A stretch of DNA of 63,820 nucleotides, counting the filler, from Octopus bimaculoides (taxonomy: Eukaryota): assembly GCF_001194135.2 (NCBI RefSeq). It is 8 parts of 8 records of this genome, joined end to end, with 100 filler letters (N's around TTAATTAATTAA, not from the genome) between each part and the next. Parts side by side here need not be neighbours in the genome. Positions count along the whole stretch, not along the records: positions 44,893 to 56,849 come from NC_069000.1; positions 56,950 to 60,454 come from NC_069003.1; positions 60,555 to 61,906 come from NW_026411558.1; positions 62,007 to 63,820 come from NW_026416451.1; 4 more parts are not named here. One strand, written 5' to 3'. This document shows positions 53,324 through 63,820 of this stretch, piece by piece. The translations under genes were made by a program, and so were the position numbers. The notes below the pieces were generated by a model. The model ran no database searches, was not told where the DNA came from, and saw nothing but the letters and a program-made list of their open reading frames with translations. The stretch's first letter is position 1, and each line of letters begins with the position of its first letter.

Positions 53324-55390
53324 TTAAAATTTTCCCCCGCAGTCGTAGGTATAGGGTGTCGGCGTTTTATAGGGGGTTCGGAATGCAGCTGCGAGCTGGC
53401 AGCTCGCTGCCGTGGCAGATTGGTTCTGACTCTGCGAGGCAGATAGAAGGCGTTGTGATTCGAACATGTCTCTCATGTTTCCAAAGGGGGACGTCGTAAA
53501 ATCCGAGCTGTGGTGATTCAGTTCAGACGGTGGGGGTACGTACCACGAATTCGCTCTGGCGTATGATTGGGTATTGGAGAACATACTGTGTGTAAGCCCG
53601 TTGGCAGTTTGTGTGAGGGCCGACGTGTGGGGGATTGACGGGTTCATCAAATCGTGATCGCTTACAGATTGTCCCGTTGCAATGTTCATTGACTGACCAC
53701 CGTTGGGTGAAAACACAGACTGACCACTGCAATGGTAATTGTAACCGCTGTTAGCCGCCGCCGCTGCTGCTGCTGCTGCCGCTGCGGCCGCCGCTGCCGC
53801 CGTTTGGGAACACGAGGTATTTCGGTAAATGTCTGCCGCTGTGGCTGAACTGGATCCCGTTGAAGACCGTGACGATGCATACGGTAATATCTGAGGGGAC
53901 ACCAAGGGTGGAGGTCGGCTGTTGACGTAATTGGACGAGGCGGCAGCAGCTGCTGCAGCCGCAGCAACTGCAGCAGCGGAGGACATATCACAAGAGGTTG
54001 TGTGGGGAACAGTCATTAGGTTTTCTACAGAGAAACTGCTTGACGTTGTGATCTCCATATTGATAGGATCGGTTGGGATAGGTAAAGTGTTGGGGTTCGA
54101 ATGCAAGCGAGACGACGACACAACCAAACCACAATCATTGCGTGGTGAATCCATAGGTTCTAATTTAGGCGTAGTCATTGACGTGGTAGAAGCTACATCA
54201 ACAGCGCCACCGCCTGTTACCGTACCGTTGCATATAACGTTAGTATTTCCTGCCAAAGAACTCGCACCTCCAGAACCTGGAGGTGATGCGTTCGGTGTTG
54301 TCTTCCGATCTTCATTACCTGCACTGTGGTTATTTTCATTTGATGCCACACGTTTGCTACTACTACTACTACTATTGTTGTTACTGTTGCTACTGCTACT
54401 GCCGGTGTTATTATTACTTCCGCTGTTACCATTGCTACTACTATTGTTACTGTTACCGCTGTGATGATGATGATGTTGATGATGGTTCTGTTGTTGATGG
54501 TGCTGTTGCTGTTGTTGTTGTTGTTGTTGTTGTTGTTGGCTATGGTGATGATGGTGGTGGTGATGATGGTGGCTGCTGTTGTGTTGGCCATGTGGATGAT
54601 GATCGTGGTGCGGTTGTGAATGATGATCTGGGGAAGAACTTTCGTTCAAAGACGAGTTTTGAGATTCGGCACAGTTGACCTCCGATGGATCGTCACCGGT
54701 ACCACTGTGCCCAGTAACACCAACACTGGTTACGCCTCCAGCTGGACCGGCACCGACACCGGAATTTCCGATCATCAAAGAAGAAGAAGTTTTGTCGCGT
54801 TCCTTCTGCAGTTCTATGGCCAGTTGCTTTTCACGTTCTTCGCGTTCTTTGATGGCGTCTTTCTTTTTAAATCGTTTTCTCCTGCGTAAGTAGCTTCCAT
54901 TATCAAACATATTATAACTGTCTGGGTCGAGAGTCCAATAGCTCCCTTTGCCCGGCTTTTTATCATCCCGTGCTACTTTTATAAAACATTCATTGAGGGA
55001 CAAATTATGACGAATACTGTTCTGCCAGCCCTGTTTGTTTTCACGGTAGAATGGGAAGCGTTCCATAATAAACTGGTAAATTCCATTCAGCGTTATTTTC
55101 TTATCGGGTTGGCTTTTAATGGCCATAGCTATTAGGGCTATATAACTATAGGGCGGTTTCACCATATCTTTGGCACCATGGTGAGCCGGCGCATAAGGGC
55201 TGGCGTATATAGAAGGCCCTCGACTCATTGTCCCGTATTGATCGTGACCATACATCGCCATGCCACCCATAGGCATACCAGCATACGCTCCATGTCGGTA
55301 GTAGTTTTGGTCTCCGAACAGTGTTGGCACCATGCTTAGACTCGGTCCGTTTGTGGTTGGATATCTTGGTTGAAGTGTGTTTGATTGCAT
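53324..55390 (-). CDS. FoxC: Forkhead box C transcription factor, single exon, 688 aa
   Basis: Forkhead domain (~54869-55159) [14 protein letters not shown]...[61 protein letters not shown] is FoxC-diagnostic. The N-terminal ...QNYYR segment, eh1 motif FSVENLM (54014-54034) and C-terminal YDCGGKF (cf. YDCSKF/YDCTKY of FOXC1/2) all fit. Confidence 0.97.
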   Translation of the reverse strand: MQSNTLQPRYPTTNGPSLSMVPTLFGDQNYYRHGAYAGMPMGGMAMYGHDQYGTMSRGPSIYASPYAPAHHGAKDMVKPPYSYIALIAMAIKSQPDKKITLNGIYQFIMERFPFYRENKQGWQNSIRHNLSLNECFIKVARDDKKPGKGSYWTLDPDSYNMFDNGSYLRRRKRFKKKDAIKEREEREKQLAIELQKERDKTSSSLMIGNSGVGAGPAGGVTSVGVTGHSGTGDDPSEVNCAESQNSSLNESSSPDHHSQPHHDHHPHGQHNSSHHHHHHHHHHSQQQQQQQQQQQQHHQQQNHHQHHHHHSGNSNNSSSNGNSGSNNNTGSSSSNSNNNSSSSSSKRVASNENNHSAGNEDRKTTPNASPPGSGGASSLAGNTNVICNGTVTGGGAVDVASTTSMTTPKLEPMDSPRNDCGLVVSSSRLHSNPNTLPIPTDPINMEITTSSSFSVENLMTVPHTTSCDMSSAAAVAAAAAAAAASSNYVNSRPPPLVSPQILPYASSRSSTGSSSATAADIYRNTSCSQTAAAAAAAAAAAAAAAANSGYNYHCSGQSVFSPNGGQSMNIATGQSVSDHDLMNPSIPHTSALTQTANGLTHSMFSNTQSYARANSWYVPPPSELNHHSSDFTTSPFGNMRDMFESQRLLSASQSQNQSATAASCQLAAAFRTPYKTPTPYTYDCGGKF

Positions 55391-55463
55391 GGCTCATAAC
55401 GTTCAAAACTAAATTGCAATTATAAAGAAGAAATTGTCCGCATTGAAATTTTCAAACTGACAT
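55146..55463 (-). promoter_or_regulatory. Upstream ATGs before FoxC: overlapping out-of-frame uORF (55397-55146, 83 aa) and two short uORFs (55443-55420 MRTISSL*, 55463-55452 MSV*)
   Basis: rc GAACGTTATGAGCCATGCAA: the upstream ATG is 7 nt before the FoxC ATG. The TSS is unknown. Confidence 0.5.
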
Positions 55464-55751
55464 TGGAATTTCGTTCGTTTTTCTTTGCTTTTCTTGTTAG
55501 CTTTCGTTCTTTAAATGTAAATCTGCAATGATATAAAAAAAAAAGAAAAGGAAAATATAGTTTAATGCTAAGACAAAGAAATATTTTCATTTGAAATATT
55601 ATGTATTAATAACAGAATAACATATGAAATAGCAGAATTAAATTATATTAAATTACAGACTTAAACAGTAAATTTTAATTATGCTAAATACCAGAACAAT
55701 ACATATCAAGTAACAACACAATGAAATACAATTATATAAGTAACAATTATA

Positions 55752-56160
55752 TATTGCTTTCAAATTTGGTACAAGGGTTAAGTCGATTGCATCAATTCCA
55801 GTACGCAACCGGTATTTATTTATTTTATCGACCCTGAGAGAATGAAATGTAAAGTCGACCTCGGTGGAGTTTGAACCCAGAACGTAGAGATGCACGAAAT
55901 GCCGCTAAGTGTTTTGTCCGGCGTGCTAATGATTCTACCACTTCACCGCCTTAATAACAATTGTATTCGGTTTCAAATTTTTGGCACAAGGCCGGCCATT
56001 TCGGGTGGAGGGTAAGCTGATTACATTGATCACAGTGTTAAACGGGTACTTACTTTATCGACCCCGAAAGGATGAAAGGCAAGGTCGACCTCGGTGGAAT
56101 TTGAACTCAGAACATAAATACGGATGAAATGCCGCTAAGCATTTTGTCCGGTGTGCCATT
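55752..56160 (-). mobile_element. Two SINEs (~55752-55952, ~55965-56160) within 0.4-0.8 kb upstream of the FoxC ATG
   Basis: GTCGACCTCGGTGGA.TTTGAAC.CAGAAC cores. Confidence 0.85.
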
Positions 56161-56778
56161 TCGCTATCTTAGTAACAATTATATTTATTAAGAAAAAAAC
56201 AATAGAGCTATAATACTAAGCAACAATAATACCTTATATAACAATTAGATATTAAGTAAAAACACTGCTATAAGTGAAATAACTACACAGCTATATATGA
56301 AATGACAACGCAACTATATATTAAATAATAACCATATATGAAATAACCATGATATAGATATTTTTGTATAGTTCTATTTTTAACTATATATCAAATGTAT
56401 ATAAAACTTACAGCACATAAAACAGTTGAATTATATTAAACCACAACGGAACCATATAGGAAATAACATCAGTTCATTTAGTAACATACCTATGCATTAT
56501 GTTACAGAAATGTATATTATACTAACAGAAATGCGTATTAAATAAAAGGCTGAAAATATAAACCAATATACATCGACAGGCTAAATTATGCAAACATTAT
56601 TTCGATTATATTGTAGTGAATGTGTGAATATCAAAAGTCGAGTGAAATTCGGTCATTTAGCAGGCAGAATGTATATATATATATATATGGGAGAATATAC
56701 AAATAATAACAACTGACGAGGACAGGTGGTGTAAATAACAAAAGTATATATTAGTATGACGCTCGGGAATACGGAAAG

Positions 56779-56815
56779 TCTTTGACGTTTCGAGCTACGC
56801 TCTTCAACAGAAAGA
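56779..56815 (-). ncRNA. Minimal hammerhead-like motif, third family (CUGUUGA core variant), in a probable Penelope-derived repeat ~56690-56830
   Basis: UCUUU-CUGUUGA-A-GAGC(GUA)GCUC-GAAAC-GUC^AAAGA: perfect 5-bp stem I and 4-bp stem II. Confidence 0.6.
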
Positions 56816-56949
56816 ATACGGAGACAATATATATATATATATAATAATANNNNNNNNNNNNNNNNNNNNNNNNNNNNNNNNNNNNNNNNNNNNTTAATTA
56901 ATTAANNNNNNNNNNNNNNNNNNNNNNNNNNNNNNNNNNNNNNNNNNNN

Positions 56950-57306
56950 GTACTTATTCTATCGACCCCGAAAGGATGAAAAGAAAGTCGACCTTGGCGA
57001 AATTTGAACACAGAAATTTAAAAAAACGAACGAAATGCTGTGCTAAGCATTTCGCCTGGCGTGCCAACGTTTCTTATTTCTTTATTGCCCACAAGGGGCC
57101 AAACATAGAGGGGACAAACAAGGACAGACAAAGCGATTAAGTCGATTACATCGACCCCAGTACATAACTGGTACTTAATTTATCGACCCCGAAAGGATGA
57201 AAGGCAACGTCGGCCTCGGCGGAATTTGAACTCAGAACGTAACGGCAGACGAAATACTGCTAAGCATTTTCCCCAGTTTGCTAACGTTCCTGTCAGCTCG
57301 CCGCCT
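56950..57306 (-). mobile_element. Head-to-tail SINE dimer (major family)
   Basis: Full unit ~57076-57306 joined to a second unit at GCCAACGTTTCTTATTTCTTTATTGCC. Confidence 0.85.
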
Positions 57307-57844
57307 CTAGTTGTGTTTATTTCGGGTTTATCTAAAATGGTACCGTGTAAAGTGCGTATAGGCATCGCACAGTAGTGGTTGCTGTTAGAACGGTCAGTAA
57401 CGCATCTGTGATGTTGCAAAGAACCTCTTCGGTCATGACTGACCATGGGATTGCACTCAGAAAGATCCTCTCCGAGGTACAAATCCAGGCGTAACGGGCT
57501 TCTTTCAGTTTCTTTTGCCGCGAGTGGCACTGGAGGTGCTGGAGTGACAGTCGTTGTGGTGGCCATGGTACTTATGGCGGTGGTGATGGTCGAAGTGGTT
57601 GGTGGTAATGCTGCCGCTGCGGGGCGGCAGGATTTACAGTGGTGGTCACGGTGGGTATGACAGTGCTAGTGATCTTGTTGGTATTGGTGGTGGTGGTTGT
57701 GGTTGTAGTGGCTGCGGTAGTCGCGGTGACAGTGATGTGCTGCTTCGTGGTAAATTGGAGAATAAAGAGGACTTTATATTCTTCTGAGTAAATCTTGACG
57801 GAATTAAAGAAAAAACACCAACAACAACAACAGCAATAAAGACA

Positions 57845-57930
57845 ACAATAATAATGATCATCATCATCGTGGTCATAATAATAATAATAATGATGATGAT
57901 GATGATGATGATGATAGTAACAGTAATTCA

Positions 57931-57983
<53 letters not shown>

Positions 57984-58021
57984 GGATGATGATAATGATG
58001 ATGATGATGATGATAATAATG

Positions 58022-58057
<36 letters not shown>

Positions 58058-58082
58058 GTAATAGCAATAATAATAATAATAT
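57845..58082. repeat. Compound (AAT)n/(GAT)n triplet microsatellite
   Basis: Direct reading. Confidence 0.95.
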
Positions 58083-59105
58083 CGTAATGAAGTTAATAAA
58101 AGTACTCAACAGTAATGACGACGATGAGGTTGGTAATTGTGTTGTGGATTCACAGAAACTTGCAGAGAGAAGGTCGAACTTGGGGGTCAGTTACAGAATT
58201 CAAGCCCAAAAGGTCACCTGCCTGATTAAACAAACTCATTCCTAGCATTTTCTTTCCTTTATTTATCTATAGATTTGCATTTATTATCTTGTCCGTTCCT
58301 TCCTGTGTCTTCCTTCAGCAAATGAATCTCGTTTCTGCCACCACCGCCACCACCGCCACCGCTACGTTTTTCTGTACTTTCTCTTCTTTCGCTCCTCTCG
58401 TTTCTTTCTCCTTCTCCAATGCCCCCTTTGACATTTGCCACAATCACGTCACAATCATTTCGATCGTTTCTTCACGCTGCCCCTTCACTATCAACCTTTC
58501 ATTATCAATACTGTGGCCATCTTTATCAACGTCATCACCATCAGTCGAACCACTATCATCATTGTTAATATTATTACTTTTTTTTTTCACTGTTATCATT
58601 GTTGTTGTTGTAATTATTATTGTTATTGTTGTGTTTATCATCTTCGACGATGTCTGCCGCCGTCACCGCCACATCTAATGCACTTTTAGCTTGTTCTTCT
58701 CCATCATCCTCAAGTTTTCTCTGGCTCATTGTCTCTGTCCTTCTCGGCGCTTATATCACTCATCTTCTCCCCTCAACAGCTCCGAGAAAAACTAAATTAC
58801 AAGCCACCCCCACACACCATTCACAAACAAAAAAATCCACCAGATAGAAAAAACAAAACAAATCAACCAGCACCATCTTAGACGGCTAGATAACAGATCC
58901 TTTTCTACTGAAAAGGAAGTGATTTCGATACTAATCTACGACTAAAATTTGTTTTAATTTTCGTTTCTATTTTGTATTGTATCTTTATAATAACAAACTT
59001 TGTTAGAGTCACTATATGAGTGTGTATATATATATTTGTGCGTGTGTGTGTTTGTGTGTATGGTATATGTATGGATTCATGCATACATATTTACATACAT
59101 ACATT

Positions 59106-59147
<42 letters not shown>

Positions 59148-59155
59148 CATATACA

Positions 59156-59188
<33 letters not shown>

Positions 59189-59370
59189 CACTGTGTCGAC
59201 TTAAGCATCAGGTGCTGTTATACATCGCTGATCACAATGCACTTCCAATTCTGTTTTGATTACACCGTTCTTTTCCATATTGACCCAAATGGTGAGACTA
59301 AATCGTCTTCTCGCCGTTGTGGAAGACTTCTAAGTTGTATATTTCTGTCTCGTGGATTCCACTTGACAAC

Positions 59371-59585
59371 GGTGGAGGCGTGTGGCTTAGTGCTGAGAGT
59401 ACTGGACTCATGATCTTTAGGTTGTAGTTTCAATTCCCGGACTGGGCAATGCATTCTGAGTTCAAATTCTGCCGAGGTGAACCTGGCGTTTCATACTTTT
59501 CGGGTCGATAAATTAAGTACCAGTTATACACTGGAGTACCCTCCCTAAATTTCTAGGCTTTTGCCTGTAGTCGAAAGGATTATTA
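59371..59585 (+). mobile_element. Chimeric SINE (tRNA head of one family fused to major-family body)
   Basis: GGAGGCGTGTGGCTTAGTG...TTCAATTCCCGG followed by TTCTGAGTTCAAATTCTGCCGAGG...TAAGTACCAG. Confidence 0.65.
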
Positions 59586-59702
59586 TTATTATTATTATTA
59601 TATTCGTAATGAATATTATGATAGTGGTGGTGGGTGGGGATTATGATAATGTTAGAAAAAGGAAGACGAAAAGGAGGAGGAAAGGAAGAAGAACAAGAAG
59701 AA

Positions 59703-59738
<36 letters not shown>

Positions 59739-59980
59739 AGTAACCAGGGCAAAAAACTTCAGAAGAAGCGACTTATCTTATATTTTCACGACCTCTCCCA
59801 AATCTGATCATCTTCTAGGATCGATTTTTGATCGAACAGAAATATATTCAGGAGGGAAATTACTAAACTGAACACGAATACGATTTGAACTTTTAACCTG
59901 TTATCATCTGATGTTACAATAATATCGAGATATTAGTAGTTTCTTTTTATCTATCTATCTATCTATCTACCTATCACTCC

Positions 59981-60028
<48 letters not shown>

Positions 60029-60711
60029 GCACCCACACGCGGACACATACACACACTCATATGCTTAACTCTATGTATAGAGCTAAATATTTGTGGAGGA
60101 ATCTATTTACCTAACTGAACACATCCTTTTATAAAGATATTTTTATCTTTATTTATATAGCAACATATCTGTCTCTCAGTTCATCTGTCTATCTATCTAT
60201 CTATCTGTCTGTCTATCTATCTATCTATCTATCTGTCTGTCTGTCTGTCTGTCTCTCTGTCTGCCTGCCTCTCCATCCATTCCTCAATTTATTTTCGTTG
60301 TCGGATTCTATATCGATCATACTCTCTGGTTATATGCATATAAATACAAGTCTTCTTACATGAATAATCACTCACACAGAACATGATATCACTATAAATA
60401 TTATTTATACATATCTGCATATCTACATCTATATATATATATATATATATATATNNNNNNNNNNNNNNNNNNNNNNNNNNNNNNNNNNNNNNNNNNNNTT
60501 AATTAATTAANNNNNNNNNNNNNNNNNNNNNNNNNNNNNNNNNNNNNNNNNNNNTCCTCTCTTTTTGTGTGTGTATATACATGCGTGTGCGTATGTGTGT
60601 GTAGTTGGTGGGTGTGAGTGTGTATGTGTATGCGTGTGTGTGTGTGTGAGTGTGTATGTGTATGCGTCTGTGTGTGTGTGATTGTGCGTAGTCATAATAA
60701 TCACAAATGTT

Positions 60712-61075
60712 GATGTCAAATTTTGGTACAAGGCCAGCTACTTCAGGGTAGAGTGCAAGTCGATAACATCAACCTCACTGTTCAACTGGTACTTGATTTA
60801 TCGACCCCCGAGAAGATAAAAAGCGAAGTCGACTTCGGCGGGACTTGAACTCGGAACGTGTAGACAGGCGCCTTAGTCACTCTTAATATTGGCATTTGAT
60901 CTTTAGTCTGTGTTTACGTTCGGAGTTCAAATTTCGCCGAGGTCGGCTTTGCCTTTCATACTTTTGAGGTGGATAGTTTAAGTACCAGATGAGTACTAGG
61001 GTCGATCTTATCGAATGGCCCCCTCCCAAAAAATTTCGAGCCTTGTGCCTAGAATGGAAAAGAATATTGCCATTT
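60712..61075. mobile_element. Inverted SINE pair (- at ~60712-60865, + at ~60895-61075)
   Basis: GTCGACTTCGGCGGGACTTGAACTCGGAACG versus CGTTCGGAGTTCAAATTTCGCCGAGGTCGGC. Confidence 0.75.
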
Positions 61076-61433
61076 GATCAGACTACGATTTATTGAGGTC
61101 ACATAAATCAGAAACTTCTCCGCTGCTTACATCAACGACCAATACAATCTTCCGTCTCTAATGTTTTGTTTTTATTGTCCAAAATTTCCAATCACCGTAA
61201 CCTATTGGGGTTAAATTACATTTCCTTGGTTTCAGATTTTTAACATTCCATTGTTTTACCTACGAGTATCTTGATCTATTGGTCTTTCACTGAAAGAAAC
61301 CAAATAAAACGAATGTGTGACTTTACTGTATTAATCTGTAAAATATTTAAGATTGACTAGAAATATCATATTACCTTGGAGGCTAAAATATTTTAAATTA
61401 TTTTTCCGAAGTATTAGGCACTTCCGTCATCCT

Positions 61434-61494
<61 letters not shown>

Positions 61495-62006
61495 CGCGCC
61501 TCTGTGTGTATTTTATGCACATACAAACATTTATATACATACAATCATACATACATATATCAGTAACTAAATGCATCAATATGTTACATTGCAAAAAATA
61601 TTGAAACATATAAAGCTACTGTGATAAAGTGATATACTCGTTCATAATACAAAACAATGATATTGAAATGTTGTTGTGAAACCTTTGTAAATACACGCAT
61701 AACAGACCAGCGACAATGATTTTATGACAAGAAGACGAAGAGTGTATGCTCCCCAATCAAAATTTAGTTGTCTATAGGTACAAATCTGATGTTAAGATAG
61801 CGTTAAACATAGACGAGTACAAAAGCGATTGTACAGATTTAATGAAAAGTCTGAAGACATTTGCTACGCGGAATATGACATTAGATTTATACTAGCTGTT
61901 TACAAGNNNNNNNNNNNNNNNNNNNNNNNNNNNNNNNNNNNNNNNNNNNNTTAATTAATTAANNNNNNNNNNNNNNNNNNNNNNNNNNNNNNNNNNNNNN
62001 NNNNNN

Positions 62007-62696
62007 TCTGGAATGCCTAATTTAGCATCCATTATTGCCTCTTTAAATAGAAACAAAATAAATAAGTTAAAGCTATGCGAATATCCGTCAAAGGGAAACC
62101 CTGTTTCTAATAAAACCAACTATAAACCACACAACGATAGTGGGACGGGCTCTTCATTCCCTTGGAATGAGATAAGTGGAATGGCTGATAAGAATAAATT
62201 TGTAAGGGCGGTTAGTGACGTTGGAAATAATCTTAAGGGTGGCCATAAAAAATTATGTAATTGTAGGGACCCTTTTTAATGTCCTCTCGGCGGACTTTGT
62301 TTGTCCACAAACGTCGTGTATAAATGCATAGTCAGAGACGAGGACAAACAAAATAAGTTTTATATTGGAAGTTCAGTGAATTTTAAAGCCAGGTATAGGG
62401 CGCACATGAGTTCTTTCTCAAATGAGAAATATAATTCCACAACACTCGCCTCTTACCTGCATGACCTCAAGAGGAGGAATAAGAAGTACTGTCTTGAATG
62501 GTCAATCTTATCGAGAACCCCCCAATTTAAGGCTAATATTAGCAAGTGTTTATTATGTATTAGGGAATCCCTTTCCATTCTTAGGTCTTTTGGGCCGAAA
62601 ACCTTGAATAAGTTTATTGAAGTAATCCCCTTTTGCAATCATACATTTTCCTCCACCTTCCTAAAACTATATAAAAATAAAAATAAGAACAAATAA
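62007..62696 (+). mobile_element. Penelope-like retroelement, RT-EN linker plus GIY-YIG endonuclease, one in-frame TAA
   Basis: MPNLASII...CNCRDPF*CPLGGLCLSTNVVYKC...FYIGSS.NFKARYRAHMSSF...STTLASYLHDLK...WSIL...CLLCIRE...LNK; ORFs 62013-62279 and 62301-62696 share a frame. Confidence 0.9.
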
Positions 62697-62934
62697 TGGT
62701 AGTAATGGTGATAATAATAGTAATGATAGAAATAAAAATACAAAAATATAGATATAAAAATAATAATAAAAATATAGATACAATGGTTAGTATTTATTAT
62801 CATGCCTTACGTTGGATTTGAAACCTGGTAGTTTTAATTAGTTACTAAACCTGTTTGACTATTCTAAAGGGTATATTAAATTTTTTTTTTTAGGTCTAGT
62901 CCATATTATTTATATAAGCTTGCTCTCATAATAT

Positions 62935-63820
62935 AATTTCTTTCTACTGGTGCCTTCGTTGATGAAACATATGCAGTGGATGGTTGGACGTGTTTTTCTG
63001 ATTATTTTCTGTTATTAGTAAGTTTTGCTTTTCAAAATCTGTAATTTGTTTTTGTGATTTGTGTTCATTGTTGGAAAAAACTGTTATTTGCTTTTTTGAA
63101 AAGCAACTTGTTGGAATTCTCCCCTGCAGGGGGATTATTGTTATTATTATTGTGGCTTTTAAGCCAACTTGGAAAAAAAAAAAATGGAAGACCTTTTAAA
63201 TTCACCAAGTGAATTCCTACCTGTGGGTGAGGCATTTACAAGCGTTTTTGGTGATGAAATTTCCCCGGCAGTTTCAACGGTGGTATCACCAAAAAAGTTT
63301 GCAGAGGTAGCAGGAAGAAAGAGTGTAGAAATAAACATGGATAGTAGTAACCTGCAAAAGTACACAACATTAATTAAAAAGGAGGGGGTCGGAGATTCAA
63401 GTTGCCACCTCAAAAGATGAAACTGAATCAGTAGAAAAAAAAGAATAATTTATAAAACATACAGCACGGAAAAACAAAAAGGATTTTTAAAATGGAAAAA
63501 AAAATAATAGAGAAATGTCTTAAAAAATATGGCCTGAAATTACCTATATCAACCGGGCAAAGAGATTCGGAACAATAGAGGTAAGGTTCAGGTCGAAAGA
63601 GGCAAGAAAATACTCTTAGGAGACACTCAGAACAGAGGAGGTGGTTCTTCTTCCCATATATATGGGAAGAACGTCGAAAATAAAAGTAAACAATATCCCA
63701 CCGGAAGTGGATGCAGCTTGTTTGGTAGCAGGAATCACGAAGGGCCTGAAGGAAAAAATAACAATACTCGAGGCCTCGGTGGAAAAGGAAGAACTTTGGA
63801 AGGGTCAATGCTTGACCATG
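62935..63820 (+). mobile_element. 5' end (5' UTR plus disrupted ORF1) of a LINE running off the window
   Basis: Frame with one stop: RFGTIEVRFRSKEARKYS*...LLPIYMGRTSKIKVNNIPPEVDAACLVAGI, an RRM-type ORF1 pattern of L1/Tx1/L2-type LINEs. Confidence 0.55.

Noticed and set aside
53931-54893. Antisense ORFs overlapping FoxC
   Set aside because: These are a by-product of triplet-repeat codons lacking antisense stops; there are no recognisable domains.
2912-61609. Dozens of long ORFs (poly-X, YICV/HTHT/ERER/LSLS, poly-I/M/L/V)
   Set aside because: They are translations of N gaps, microsatellites and low-complexity tracts.
19001-61962. Seven identical TTAATTAATTAA 12-mers
   Set aside because: They always sit in the middle of N gaps and encode six-frame stops, so they are scaffolding linkers and not biology.
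62277-62279. Selenocysteine read-through in the Penelope ORF, as reported for some Naiad elements
   Set aside because: The stop is TAA, not TGA, and falls at a non-cysteine spacer position, so it is an ordinary nonsense mutation.

Overview
Repeat-rich, AT-rich animal genomic DNA with many assembly gaps. It is most likely an octopus, inferred from the SINE families, the microsatellite load and the homopolymer-expanded protein; this is not a database result. Only one host gene is supportable: a single-exon FoxC forkhead gene on the minus strand (53324-55390, 688 aa). The rest is an apparent gene desert containing more than 20 tRNA-derived SINE copies, decayed LINEs (R4/Dong-like REL, CR1/L2-like, RTE), two Penelope GIY-YIG remnants, mariner, hAT, piggyBac-like and Helentron-like non-autonomous elements, and microsatellites. 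Nearly all ORFs in the supplied track are microsatellite or N-gap artefacts. The most interesting signal is a set of minimal type I hammerhead ribozyme motifs from three distinct sequence families. One family sits in a tRNA-Ile-headed, Pol III-type SINE-like element (42356-42785) with a Penelope-style inverted duplication, which suggests a hammerhead-bearing SINE mobilised by Penelope-like elements. Other notable points are three upstream ATGs (one overlapping) just before the FoxC start, no FoxL1/FoxF neighbour in the window, and a recurrent head-to-tail SINE junction. Repeat boundaries were read by eye and are approximate.
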